Origin: an uncultured Candidatus Actinomarina sp.
GTDB lineage: Bacteria; Actinomycetota; Acidimicrobiia; Actinomarinales; Actinomarinaceae
Reading direction: 5' to 3'
Length of the DNA: 64,000 nucleotides
Assembly (NCBI GenBank): GCA_902555985.1
Contig: CACDUI010000003.1
Span: forward strand, 12,432-76,431
This document shows, piece by piece, positions 30,197-39,809 of this stretch. Position 1 is the first letter of the stretch; each line of letters opens with the position of its first letter. The notes beneath the pieces were generated by a model. That model did no database searches, was not told where the DNA came from, and saw only the letters and a program-made list of their open reading frames with translations. Position numbers and translations under genes: made by a program.

Positions 30197-31147
30197 AATT
30201 TTTGACCAATTTTCGTTGTATATAAGCGCAGAAGATTTTTTAAGTTTTAAATTGATTGCTTGTTCAATTTTTTCACTAGCACTTTTTATATCATTATATT
30301 TGTATATAAATACATTTTCACTCATAAAATATTTTGAGTAAGGTTTATCAGGGACAATAATTTTTAATCCTAAATTTTGAGCTTCATATAAAGGCAAGCC
30401 AACAGTTTCGTACTCGCTTGCATGAAAATATATTTCATTTTCTGACATCACACTTAGTGTCTGATCCTGAGTTTCTGTATAAACACAATTAAAATCATTT
30501 ATATTTTTTGGAGGATTGATAACAGTAATCTCATTATTTTTTGTAATCGACTTTAAAGCTTGTACCATAAAATCAAAATTTTTATTTGAAACCTTACTTC
30601 CAAAAAAAACTATTCTATTTGATTTATTTTTTGCATTAACTGTGACTTCTTCTATTTCTCCAATTTCTATAATTTTATTTGCAAATTTTTGTCCGATCAC
30701 TTCACTCATATGTTTTAGTTGGACTATTACATAGTCAGATGATTTGATACTTCTAGATATAAATTTTTTAAGAACTATATTTTTCAAATCTTTAGATACA
30801 AAAGGCAGAATATTTTGTATAAGAACAAAAGATTTATTGTTCGTTTTAAAACCAAAGTTACCAAAGTGAACAATTGCATCATTAGATTCAATTAATTTTC
30901 TTTGAGTTTTATTTGTTATTAAATATAGAAAAGGATGGAGAAATCTTTTATTAGTTAGTTTTATAAATGTCACATATTGATTTTCTAAAGACTGATTTTT
31001 TAGCTCATTATAAAATTCATTTTCTGAATACAAAACTGTAATCTCAGTTCCTGCTTCAACTAGTAATTCAAATGCTTGAACAAATAATTTTACTCCTCCA
31101 AGAGATTTGACACCACAAGCATTTAAAACTAGTTTTTTTCTCACCAT
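30182..31147 (-). CDS. Divergent GT4-like glycosyltransferase
   Basis: NA......GG at the N-terminus, KNF, S..ET.GLPL.EA. Confidence 0.72.
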   Translation of the reverse strand: MVRKKLVLNACGVKSLGGVKLFVQAFELLVEAGTEITVLYSENEFYNELKNQSLENQYVTFIKLTNKRFLHPFLYLITNKTQRKLIESNDAIVHFGNFGFKTNNKSFVLIQNILPFVSKDLKNIVLKKFISRSIKSSDYVIVQLKHMSEVIGQKFANKIIEIGEIEEVTVNAKNKSNRIVFFGSKVSNKNFDFMVQALKSITKNNEITVINPPKNINDFNCVYTETQDQTLSVMSENEIYFHASEYETVGLPLYEAQNLGLKIIVPDKPYSKYFMSENVFIYKYNDIKSASEKIEQAINLKLKKSSALIYNENWSKILNYI

Positions 31148-31199
31148 TTCAATGATAGTTGTACATTAATAAATATTTAATCACTAAAATCATAAAGTA

Positions 31200-32279
31200 G
31201 TGACTAATAAATATGATATTGCTTTAGTAGTAGGAACAAGGCCAAATTTTGTTAAGGCTTCACCACTTTTAAAAAAATTAGAAGAACAGGGAAAAAAGGT
31301 CTTATTTATACATACAGGACAACATTTTGATAAAAATATGTCTAAGAGTATTTTTGAAGATTTGAGTATAAGAACTCCTGATATAAATTTAAATGCCCCT
31401 AATGATTCTCAAAGCAAACAATTTCAATATATTGTCCAAGAATTACAAAAAGTTTTCAGTAATTGTGAAATTGACAAAGTTGGAGTTTTTGGAGACGTAA
31501 CCTCAACTTTAGCTGCATCAATAGCCGCAAAACAATCAGATCTTTATTTATTTCATGTTGAATCAGGCCTACGATCAAATAATTTAAGCATGCCAGAGGA
31601 ACGTAATAGAATAATGGTAGATGCAATAAGCGACCTGCTTTTTATACCATCTGAAGACGCAAAAGAAAACTTATTAAAAGAAAAAGTGTCTTCAGACAAA
31701 ATTCACAATGTTGGAAATATTATGATTGATACTTTATTTGAAAACAAATCCAAAATAAGTAATAATTCAAAAATTGTTAAAAATAGTTTAATTATTAACA
31801 AACCATATTTTGTAATGACCCTACATAGGCCATCAAATTTAACTGATATTACCTTACAAAATATTTTTGAGGCAGTCAGTAGCTTTACAGAAGATTATCA
31901 AATTATTCTTCCAGCTCATCCAAGACTTAAAAATTATATTAACGAAGAAGATATTGAGTATAAAAATATTACCTTGATTGACCCGTTATCTTATATTGAC
32001 TTTATGGCTCTCGTTTACGGATGTGAATTAGTGCTCACTGATTCTGGGGGCATACAAGAAGAGACAACTTATTTAGGAATCAATTGTTTAACACTTAGAG
32101 AAGAAACAGAAAGACCAATAACAGTTCAAGAGGGCACTAATAAGGTTGTTGGTACTGATAAGGAAAATATAATTATTGAAATAAATAATGTTTTAGGCAG
32201 TAAAATTTCAAAAGAAGCAAAAATTAAATATTGGGATGGTGAAACCTCAAATAGAATTTTTCAAATTTTATTTGATTAG
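31200..32279 (+). CDS. wecB: UDP-N-acetylglucosamine 2-epimerase (non-hydrolysing)
   Basis: GTRPNFVK, HTGQH, GDV.ST, HVESGLRS, MPEE.NR, TDSGGIQEE, TERP. Confidence 0.93.
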   Translation: MTNKYDIALVVGTRPNFVKASPLLKKLEEQGKKVLFIHTGQHFDKNMSKSIFEDLSIRTPDINLNAPNDSQSKQFQYIVQELQKVFSNCEIDKVGVFGDVTSTLAASIAAKQSDLYLFHVESGLRSNNLSMPEERNRIMVDAISDLLFIPSEDAKENLLKEKVSSDKIHNVGNIMIDTLFENKSKISNNSKIVKNSLIINKPYFVMTLHRPSNLTDITLQNIFEAVSSFTEDYQIILPAHPRLKNYINEEDIEYKNITLIDPLSYIDFMALVYGCELVLTDSGGIQEETTYLGINCLTLREETERPITVQEGTNKVVGTDKENIIIEINNVLGSKISKEAKIKYWDGETSNRIFQILFD

Positions 32280-32281
32280 TT

Positions 32282-33544
32282 ATGAGTAATTTTAAATTTA
32301 ATGTGGCAGTAATTGGATTAGGCTATGTTGGCTTACCATTAGCTATTGAGGCTGCAAATAATAAACTTAAAGTCGCTGGTTATGACATTAATGAATCTTT
32401 AGTAGGTAATCTTAATAAATCTCTATCTCATGTTGAGGATATTTCAGATAAAGATCTTGAAGATGCATTTTCAAACCAACTCTTAATTACTTCTGATCCA
32501 GAAATATTGGGAGATTCCGAGTATATTGTAATTAGCGTTCCAACACCGTTGACTGATTATCAGCCAGACTTAAGTTATGTTGAAGCAGCAACAAAAAGTA
32601 TTGCTGAAAATTTAAAAAAAAATCAAATAATAATTCTGGAATCTACAACATATCCTGGAACTACATTAGAAATAGTTAAACCAATACTTGAAAAAAATAC
32701 AAGTTTGGTCGCTGGAGAAGACTTTTTATTAGGATACTCACCCGAACGAATAGATCCTGGTAATAAAGAGTGGACATTCAAAAATACTCCGAAAATAGTT
32801 AGTGGTATAAATGAAAAATCTCTCAAAAAAATATCAGAATTTTACAATTCCATAATTGATGAAGTAGTCGAAGTTTCTGGTACTAGAGAAGCAGAAATGG
32901 TTAAATTAATCGAAAACACTTATAGGCAAGTAAACATTGCAATGGTTAATGAGTTAGCGATATTATCAAACATGTTAGACATAGATATTTGGGAAGTGGT
33001 AGATGCTGCAAAAACAAAACCTTTTGGGTTTCAATCATTTAGGCCCGGACCAGGAGTAGGGGGTCACTGCATTCCAATTGATCCTAAATATTTGTCATTT
33101 AAAACACGACAAATTGGACAGCCTGTTCGCTTTGTTGAATTGGCTCAAGAGATTAACAACTCAATGCCAAATTATGTTATTTCAAGAATTAGTGAATTAA
33201 TGAACAAAAAAGAAATACTTTTGAAAAACTCCAAAATACTTGTTCTTGGTGTAGCTTATAAAAAAGATATTGGGGACACCAGGGAATCACCAGCAATAGA
33301 TATAATTGAATCACTTTTAGATAAAAGCGTAGAAGTCTCTTTTTATGATCCATTTGTTGATGAACTTATAGTAAATAAAGAGAGTATATTAAAGGATGAA
33401 AATTTAGAAAACCTATCAAACTATGATTTGGTCATAATCCATACTCCACATACGTCTTTTAATAATATAGATTTTGAGAATATTAAATCATTAATATTTG
33501 ATACCACAGGAAGTTTTACGATTCCAAATGCCGAGAGGATATAA
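32282..33544 (+). CDS. UDP-N-acetylhexosamine 6-dehydrogenase (WbpA/WecC/TviB family)
   Basis: GLGYVGLP, ESTTYPGTT, SPERIDPG, K..ENTYR.VNIA, GPGVGGHCIP.DP, D.RESP. Confidence 0.92.
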   Translation: MSNFKFNVAVIGLGYVGLPLAIEAANNKLKVAGYDINESLVGNLNKSLSHVEDISDKDLEDAFSNQLLITSDPEILGDSEYIVISVPTPLTDYQPDLSYVEAATKSIAENLKKNQIIILESTTYPGTTLEIVKPILEKNTSLVAGEDFLLGYSPERIDPGNKEWTFKNTPKIVSGINEKSLKKISEFYNSIIDEVVEVSGTREAEMVKLIENTYRQVNIAMVNELAILSNMLDIDIWEVVDAAKTKPFGFQSFRPGPGVGGHCIPIDPKYLSFKTRQIGQPVRFVELAQEINNSMPNYVISRISELMNKKEILLKNSKILVLGVAYKKDIGDTRESPAIDIIESLLDKSVEVSFYDPFVDELIVNKESILKDENLENLSNYDLVIIHTPHTSFNNIDFENIKSLIFDTTGSFTIPNAERI

Positions 33545-35990
33545 AATTAGAACAGACTTTGATACTTTATCAAAAACTATAAACTTACTTGGTATTGAAC
33601 TTGGTAATGTAATAAAAGATCAAGCTGGAAACAAATACTTCAAAATAGTTGAAGATATAAGATTAAATTCTAAAAAGTATCGACAAACAAATAACAATAA
33701 ATACTTAGATATTATTTTTAAAACTCTTCAATCACTTGAACCAAATGAGATATATATTATTACTAAAGCATTTACAATATTTTTTTATTTATCAAATATT
33801 GCTGAACAAGTTTTTAGAGAACGTACTTTAGAGAGTTCAAATATTTCTGTTAACAAAAAAAATAGTAAAAAACTTATTTTTATGCCTGTTTTTACCGCAC
33901 ATCCTACTGAAAGTTCTCGACAATCAACTCTTAAAAAAATCTATAAAATAGCAGAAATTATTGAAGCTAATAACTCCAATAGTATGAATGAAATCAATTC
34001 CCTCATCACTCAACTTTGGTATACGAGAGAAGTTCGTTCCACTAAGCCAAATCCAATAGATGAAGTAAAATCATTAATTTATTATCTAGATATCTTATAT
34101 AAAGATGTTTACAACAAAATTATTAAAGATGATGAAATTTTAACTAATGCAAAAAATTTCGAACTTCAATTTGGATCATGGGTTGGTGCTGATAAAGACG
34201 GGAATCCATTTATAACTACAAACATTACTAAAGAGGCATTGAAAATATATTCAAGTCAAATACTGAATATCTATAAAGAGCAAATCGTTAAATTTTCTGA
34301 AGAATTCAGTATTTCGACAGATTTTGTTAAAAGTCCAAAAAACTTAACAAAAAAAATCGAAGAATATAAAAAAATTCTTCCCAAAGATTATAAGCATTAT
34401 AAGCGAGTAAATTTTGATGAACCTTTCCGTATATTTCTTTCATTAGTATTTCATAGGCTTGATAATTTTCAAAAAAACAAAAAAGGATATAAATATTTTC
34501 GTGAATTTTTAGATGATCTTATACTATTTCAAAATAGTGTTCTACAAATATTTGGTACAAAAATTCAAAACACAGAGTTAGATAATTTTATTGCTTTTGT
34601 CCATCAATTTGAATTCCATGGTGTGTCATTAGATATAAGACAAAACTCCTCAGTAATTAATTCTGAGTTAGGAAGTGAATACTCTGATTTTGAAAAGCTA
34701 ATAAAAGATATACCTGAACTTCAAAAAATCTATGGTGATAGAGTATTTAATTCAATAATTCTTTCAATGACAAGTTCTGAAGATGATGTACTTAATCTCT
34801 TCAATATATGCAAAAAGTATATTCCAAAAGAAAATATTCCGTCAATAACACCTTTAATCGAAGAAATTGAAGAATTACAAAAATCACACATTATATTACA
34901 AAAACTACTTTCAAACAGACAATACAAATCATTTATTGAAAAATTTAAAAATAATAATCAGGAAGTAATGCTTGGTTATTCCGATTCAAATAAAGATGGT
35001 GGAATAATATCCTCGCAATGGAATGTTTACAAAGCTCAAATTAATTTATTTAAAGAGGGTGAAAATAATAATGTAAATATCACATTTTTTCACGGTAGAG
35101 GAGGAACTATAAGTAGAGGAGGAGGACCTACTTACAATTCAATTTCTGCGCAGCCAAAAGGGACTATTTCATCTCAAATTAGATATACAGAGCAAGGGGA
35201 GGTAGTTTCTGACAAGTATTCAACAGCGTATCTAGGTTTTGAAAATATTAAACTTGGTTCATTGGCTTTTATTAATGAATCTGGAAATAAATTAAAAGTA
35301 AAAATACCAAATCAAAAATTTCTACAAGAGCTATCAGATAAATCATATGATGAATATAGGTCTTTTTTCACTGATCCAAATCTGATAGATTACTTTGAAA
35401 GAGGAACTCCGGTAAAACTCCTTTCAACATTAAATATTGGATCAAGACCTGCAAAGCGAACTAAAAATGTTAAAGCATTACAAAATTATAGAGCTATTCC
35501 TTGGGTATTTGGATGGGCACAAACCAGAAATACATTAACAGGCTGGTATGGATCTGGAACAGCTTTAAATTACATGATTAAAAAATATGGTATTAATCAT
35601 GTAAGAAAAATATATAAAAATTCAGCTTTTATGCAGAACTTAATTAGCAATGTTGAAATGACACTTTCAAAATCTGACTTGAAAATAGCTAGACGCTATG
35701 TTGACGAACTTCTTGATGAGGACGCATTAAAGATTTATAAAAAGATTCTAAAAGAGTCACAATTAGCCTTAAGTTCTATTAAGAAAATAAAAAATATAGA
35801 TGAACTGCTTGATGATAACAAAATTTTAAAAAACACTCTAAATGTAAGAAATGCATACTTAGATCCATTATCTTTAATTCAGATCACGCTTATGAAAAAA
35901 ATGAAAAAACGCAAGCTTAATCTAATAGAAAGTAATTCTTTATTGTTATCAGTAAATGGACTAGCTGCTGGTCTTAGAAATACTGGCTGA
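33528..35990 (+). CDS. ppc: Phosphoenolpyruvate carboxylase (bacterial type)
   Basis: VFTAHPTE, GSWVG.D.DGNP, VMLGYSDSNKDGG, FHGRGG..SRGG, RAIPWVF.W.Q.R, C-terminal GLRNTG. ATG 33528 is preferred. Confidence 0.95.
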   Translation: MPRGYKIRTDFDTLSKTINLLGIELGNVIKDQAGNKYFKIVEDIRLNSKKYRQTNNNKYLDIIFKTLQSLEPNEIYIITKAFTIFFYLSNIAEQVFRERTLESSNISVNKKNSKKLIFMPVFTAHPTESSRQSTLKKIYKIAEIIEANNSNSMNEINSLITQLWYTREVRSTKPNPIDEVKSLIYYLDILYKDVYNKIIKDDEILTNAKNFELQFGSWVGADKDGNPFITTNITKEALKIYSSQILNIYKEQIVKFSEEFSISTDFVKSPKNLTKKIEEYKKILPKDYKHYKRVNFDEPFRIFLSLVFHRLDNFQKNKKGYKYFREFLDDLILFQNSVLQIFGTKIQNTELDNFIAFVHQFEFHGVSLDIRQNSSVINSELGSEYSDFEKLIKDIPELQKIYGDRVFNSIILSMTSSEDDVLNLFNICKKYIPKENIPSITPLIEEIEELQKSHIILQKLLSNRQYKSFIEKFKNNNQEVMLGYSDSNKDGGIISSQWNVYKAQINLFKEGENNNVNITFFHGRGGTISRGGGPTYNSISAQPKGTISSQIRYTEQGEVVSDKYSTAYLGFENIKLGSLAFINESGNKLKVKIPNQKFLQELSDKSYDEYRSFFTDPNLIDYFERGTPVKLLSTLNIGSRPAKRTKNVKALQNYRAIPWVFGWAQTRNTLTGWYGSGTALNYMIKKYGINHVRKIYKNSAFMQNLISNVEMTLSKSDLKIARRYVDELLDEDALKIYKKILKESQLALSSIKKIKNIDELLDDNKILKNTLNVRNAYLDPLSLIQITLMKKMKKRKLNLIESNSLLLSVNGLAAGLRNTG

Positions 35991-37106
35991 CAAATCTCTA
36001 AGCTCAAAATGCATTTCATCTGGAGATGTCCAAGTTCCTCCCCAAGCAAAACCCCAGGAATTGAAAATTTCAACAACTCTAGGGTGATAACTTGATTTTG
36101 TATTTATATCTATAGCTATACCCCAAGCGTGCCGAGAAATACTTCCTCCAGCATCGAATCGATTAATTCGTCGCGGAGCATAGCATCCACCAGATTTTTT
36201 AAAATCTTGAACTGAGAGAGTACTAGCCAAACCTTCTTCAAGAATTTGATTTAATGCCCCTTCAAGAGGTTCCCACATTAACCTATGGCATCTTGTATTA
36301 CCAAGAATAGGCACTCTTTTTACCTGAATATTTTGTTCCCTCCAAGAAGGTTCGGTAGTAATCCAAGTACCATCTCTTTCTTTAATTTGAAAGTCCCCAA
36401 ACATTTCCTTGACTAATGCATTTGGGAGTACCCAATTTTTATTTGGATTTCGATCTCTAAATGTAAATTTTACCTTTTCATATTGAATATTCTTATGCAG
36501 TTCTATTAGGTGATTTTCATTTATTTTTGAATCCCAAATGATAGCTTGAATGTTTCTAAAAATTCCAAGTTTGTAACCTAATTCTTTGTTCACAACGCCT
36601 TCAAACCATCCAAGTTCTGAATCTTTAAGAATCATACCGACGGATATTTCAGTTGGCTCTAAATTTATTCCAACAAAATTTATTTTATCATTCAATGAGA
36701 GACCGTATCTTTCGGCAGTTAATGATGAAATTACAATTTGATTGTTTTTTATGACTTCGGCAACTTCTTCATCATAAAAATATTCAACAACTGAAGATTC
36801 TATTGTTTTTACGGAAACACTGTAAAGATAATTTTCACGTGATGAAAGTTTTAATTCTCCACTTTCTGAAAGCACTGAATCAAGACCAATATTTGCCCTT
36901 CCAATGAAAGTAAGGTTTGTATTTAAATTCTTAGAACTTTCAATTATCTGATTTGTAACACTGTAAAAAAGGCTACCTGATTGAGAAATTGTTATAACAT
37001 CATAATTGTCTATTCTGTTTTTACTATATGCAGGTTCGGATTCATGATACATATTTGGCATCATTAATAAATTTATTAAAGTTGCAGAAATTAAAGTTGA
37101 AAACAT
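35961..37106 (-). CDS. Exported M15-family (D-Ala-D-Ala/L-Ala-D-Glu) metallopeptidase with an extra N-terminal domain
   Basis: Hydrophobic N-terminus; GCYAPR, SRHAWGIAIDIN, GFAWGG.W..PDEMHFE. Confidence 0.85.
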   Translation of the reverse strand: MFSTLISATLINLLMMPNMYHESEPAYSKNRIDNYDVITISQSGSLFYSVTNQIIESSKNLNTNLTFIGRANIGLDSVLSESGELKLSSRENYLYSVSVKTIESSVVEYFYDEEVAEVIKNNQIVISSLTAERYGLSLNDKINFVGINLEPTEISVGMILKDSELGWFEGVVNKELGYKLGIFRNIQAIIWDSKINENHLIELHKNIQYEKVKFTFRDRNPNKNWVLPNALVKEMFGDFQIKERDGTWITTEPSWREQNIQVKRVPILGNTRCHRLMWEPLEGALNQILEEGLASTLSVQDFKKSGGCYAPRRINRFDAGGSISRHAWGIAIDINTKSSYHPRVVEIFNSWGFAWGGTWTSPDEMHFELRDLSASISKTSS

Positions 37107-37194
37107 AATATATATATTAATTTTTTTATAAATTTACATTTATTTAACATCATTAAATACTCTTAAATTAATTAGAACATTAATCTATTCACTT

Positions 37195-39786
37195 ATGAAA
37201 CTTTTAACAAACTTCTTTTCAAGTGCTGCGACCAAGAGACCTGTAACAACAATTCTTGTCATAGTTGCTATCACTGGTTTTTTTGGCTTTATGACAACAC
37301 AAGCAGAAGAACTAGATACTGGTTTTGGTGGAGAAATTGATACACCTGAAATTGAAGCACAAGGAAAACTTTCTGACTATTTTGGAGGATCTGGTACACA
37401 AAGCGTAATGCAATTAGTTTTTGAGGGAGAAGATGTTTTGACTGTTGAAGGCTATGAAACATATTTAGCTGCTATAGAAGTGATAGAAAATAGTGAAATA
37501 TTTAAGTATCTTGTAAACGATCCAAACCAAGGATTGGTTCAAGGTTTTTATTCTCCAATAGATTTAGCTAGAGCATTCAATCCAATGCTAGATGTAAGTA
37601 AATTGACAGATGAGCAATTTAAACAATTATATAAATCAACATCTGCTCAAATGCCACCAGAATTTCAACAATTTGCTACGGCTCTATTATCTAGCTCATA
37701 TAACGAAGATGAAGTTACAGCAACTGCTGGGCTCGGAATAATTACAGTTAATTCAGCAATAATTGGTGCTGAATTTGGACTTGATGGAGCTTTTGTAGAA
37801 CAGCCAAGATTAGAAGTTGCATTAAATAAAGAGTTAATTGAACTTAGTAATGGATTTGAAAATATTGATTTGGCTGGATTCTCTCTATCTTTACTTTTTG
37901 GAGACGAGCAAGATGACTTTCTTCAAGAAGTTGCTCAACTTTTTGGTGCAGCTTTTGCAATAATATTCTTAGTTCTTGCATTTATTTTCTTTATTAAGCC
38001 TTCAAAAACTTTTGGATTTTTTAAATCCTCTAGAAGAACACTTGCAGATATTTTTAACAGCCTTGCAGCAATTCTGCTAGCTATATTGTGGATGCAGGGA
38101 ATAGGGGTTGTCTTAGGTCCAGGTTATTTTGATATTATTGGTGCTCCAAATCAACTTTCTCAAATCTCTACAATTATTATTCTTGGTTTAGGAGTAGATT
38201 ATGCGATACACTTTACTGGCCGATATAGGGAAGAACTTGGTCTAAAAAATTCAGTAAGTGATTCAGCAACAAAGACTTTAAGTTCTGTTGGAGTAGCTCT
38301 CACACTTGCGACTCTTGCTACAATGGTAGGTTTTTTAACAAATATAGTTTCCCCCTTAACTCAGTTACAAGATTTTGGAATTACAACATCACTTGGAATA
38401 TTTTATGCTTTTATATTGGTAATGACTTTGGTTCCGGCTATCAGAACACTACTTGATAAAAGATCAGAAAGAAAAAATACAATTGATACCAGTGCCTTTG
38501 CATCTTCTGGAGAAAGTTTGTTTAACAAATTATCAGCTTCAACTTCTATTATTCCAAAAAAACTTAAATTTATTGCAGTTATATTGATTTTGGGAATAAG
38601 TGGTTATGGATACTACGGTTTCACAAATATCTCTACAGTATTTAATTTCACTGATTTTTTACCATCGGATAGCCCTACTGTTAAAACATTTAATACTCTT
38701 CAGGATGAGTTTGGTGGAGGTTTCGGCGAAACAACAAGTGTTTTAGTTGAGTCAGGCAATATTGCTACACCTGAAATTCATAATGCACTAATAGATTCAT
38801 TAAATAATTTAGCAAGTGTTGAAAACGTACTAGTTTTTTCTGGCAATGCAGCTGCAGAATCAGTAGTTGGATCTTTAGGGGCAATGTTAGCCCCTCCTTC
38901 AGCGAACCCTCAAGCACCACCACAAATGCCTGACATGGCATTAATTGGCCAACTAGGCAGCTATGGAGTCCAGATTATGAATGGACAAGGTTTAGATGCA
39001 CTTAGGGTAAGTTCTACTGGTGACGTTGAAGGCTTATATAATTATTTATTGGAAACTGATAATGATTTGTTTAGTACAAGTCTTTATGTAGATGATAAAA
39101 ATATGATTACTGCGATGCAGATTAGAATTACCACATCTGCAGGCACATCTGGTGCTGCTCAAATCAGAGATGATTTATATACAGCATTTGAACCTTTGTC
39201 AAACTTAGGATTATTTGTGGGTGTTACATCTGATAATATTGTTACAGAGAGTGTTAATGAATTAATAAATTCTTCTCAATTTCAGTCTTTAGTATTTGCG
39301 ATACTTGCCTCAATGATATTTCTTGTCTTGTATTATCTAATAGATATGAGAAGACCATTCTTGGGGGTCATTACTGTTCTGCCAGTTGCTGCAATAGTAC
39401 TTGGTACTTATATGGGAATGTATTTACTTGAAATACCACTAAATCCAGTAACATCAACTCTTTCCGGTTTAGCTATTGGTATAGGAGTTCCATTTGTTAT
39501 TCATGTCACGAATAGGTTTAGAGAGACAATTGCTACAGGCATAGAACCTGTTGAAGCCATTAGAACAACACTTAAAACTACAGGAGGATCTTTATTTGGT
39601 AGTGCATTTACAACTATGGCTGGTTTCGGTATTTTAACAACTTCATCTTTGGTACCATTTCAACAAATGGGAACTGTTATATTAGTCTCAATTGGATTTG
39701 CCCTCGTTGCATCATTAATGATACTTCCTACATTCTTAGTAATTTGGGCTAATTATCATAATAAAAAAACAGCTAAATCTTTATAA
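37195..39786 (+). CDS. MMPL/RND superfamily membrane transporter
   Basis: Two repeats of TM1, a large loop and 5 TMs; GLGVDYAIH..RYREE, TT.AGFG.L..S. Confidence 0.88.
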   Translation: MKLLTNFFSSAATKRPVTTILVIVAITGFFGFMTTQAEELDTGFGGEIDTPEIEAQGKLSDYFGGSGTQSVMQLVFEGEDVLTVEGYETYLAAIEVIENSEIFKYLVNDPNQGLVQGFYSPIDLARAFNPMLDVSKLTDEQFKQLYKSTSAQMPPEFQQFATALLSSSYNEDEVTATAGLGIITVNSAIIGAEFGLDGAFVEQPRLEVALNKELIELSNGFENIDLAGFSLSLLFGDEQDDFLQEVAQLFGAAFAIIFLVLAFIFFIKPSKTFGFFKSSRRTLADIFNSLAAILLAILWMQGIGVVLGPGYFDIIGAPNQLSQISTIIILGLGVDYAIHFTGRYREELGLKNSVSDSATKTLSSVGVALTLATLATMVGFLTNIVSPLTQLQDFGITTSLGIFYAFILVMTLVPAIRTLLDKRSERKNTIDTSAFASSGESLFNKLSASTSIIPKKLKFIAVILILGISGYGYYGFTNISTVFNFTDFLPSDSPTVKTFNTLQDEFGGGFGETTSVLVESGNIATPEIHNALIDSLNNLASVENVLVFSGNAAAESVVGSLGAMLAPPSANPQAPPQMPDMALIGQLGSYGVQIMNGQGLDALRVSSTGDVEGLYNYLLETDNDLFSTSLYVDDKNMITAMQIRITTSAGTSGAAQIRDDLYTAFEPLSNLGLFVGVTSDNIVTESVNELINSSQFQSLVFAILASMIFLVLYYLIDMRRPFLGVITVLPVAAIVLGTYMGMYLLEIPLNPVTSTLSGLAIGIGVPFVIHVTNRFRETIATGIEPVEAIRTTLKTTGGSLFGSAFTTMAGFGILTTSSLVPFQQMGTVILVSIGFALVASLMILPTFLVIWANYHNKKTAKSL

Positions 39787-39809
39787 ATTAATTTATTAGT
39801 ATTATTTAA

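Larger units (their letters stand above)
4097..33544. other. Cell-envelope glycan/polysaccharide biosynthesis island (about 29.5 kb)
   Basis: 26 consecutive glycan-related genes between tRNA-Ile2 and ppc, with frequent strand switches and no integrase. Boundaries are approximate. Confidence 0.8.

Noticed and set aside
33498..33527. TTG start for ppc; likewise the track starts at 18947, 22844 and 41247
   Set aside because: Downstream ATGs (33528, 18995, 22826, 41277) fit domain boundaries and gene coupling better
4070..33600. Integrative element or prophage at tRNA-Ile2
   Set aside because: No integrase, transposase or phage genes, and no duplicated tRNA 3' end noticed by eye; an exact-match search would confirm
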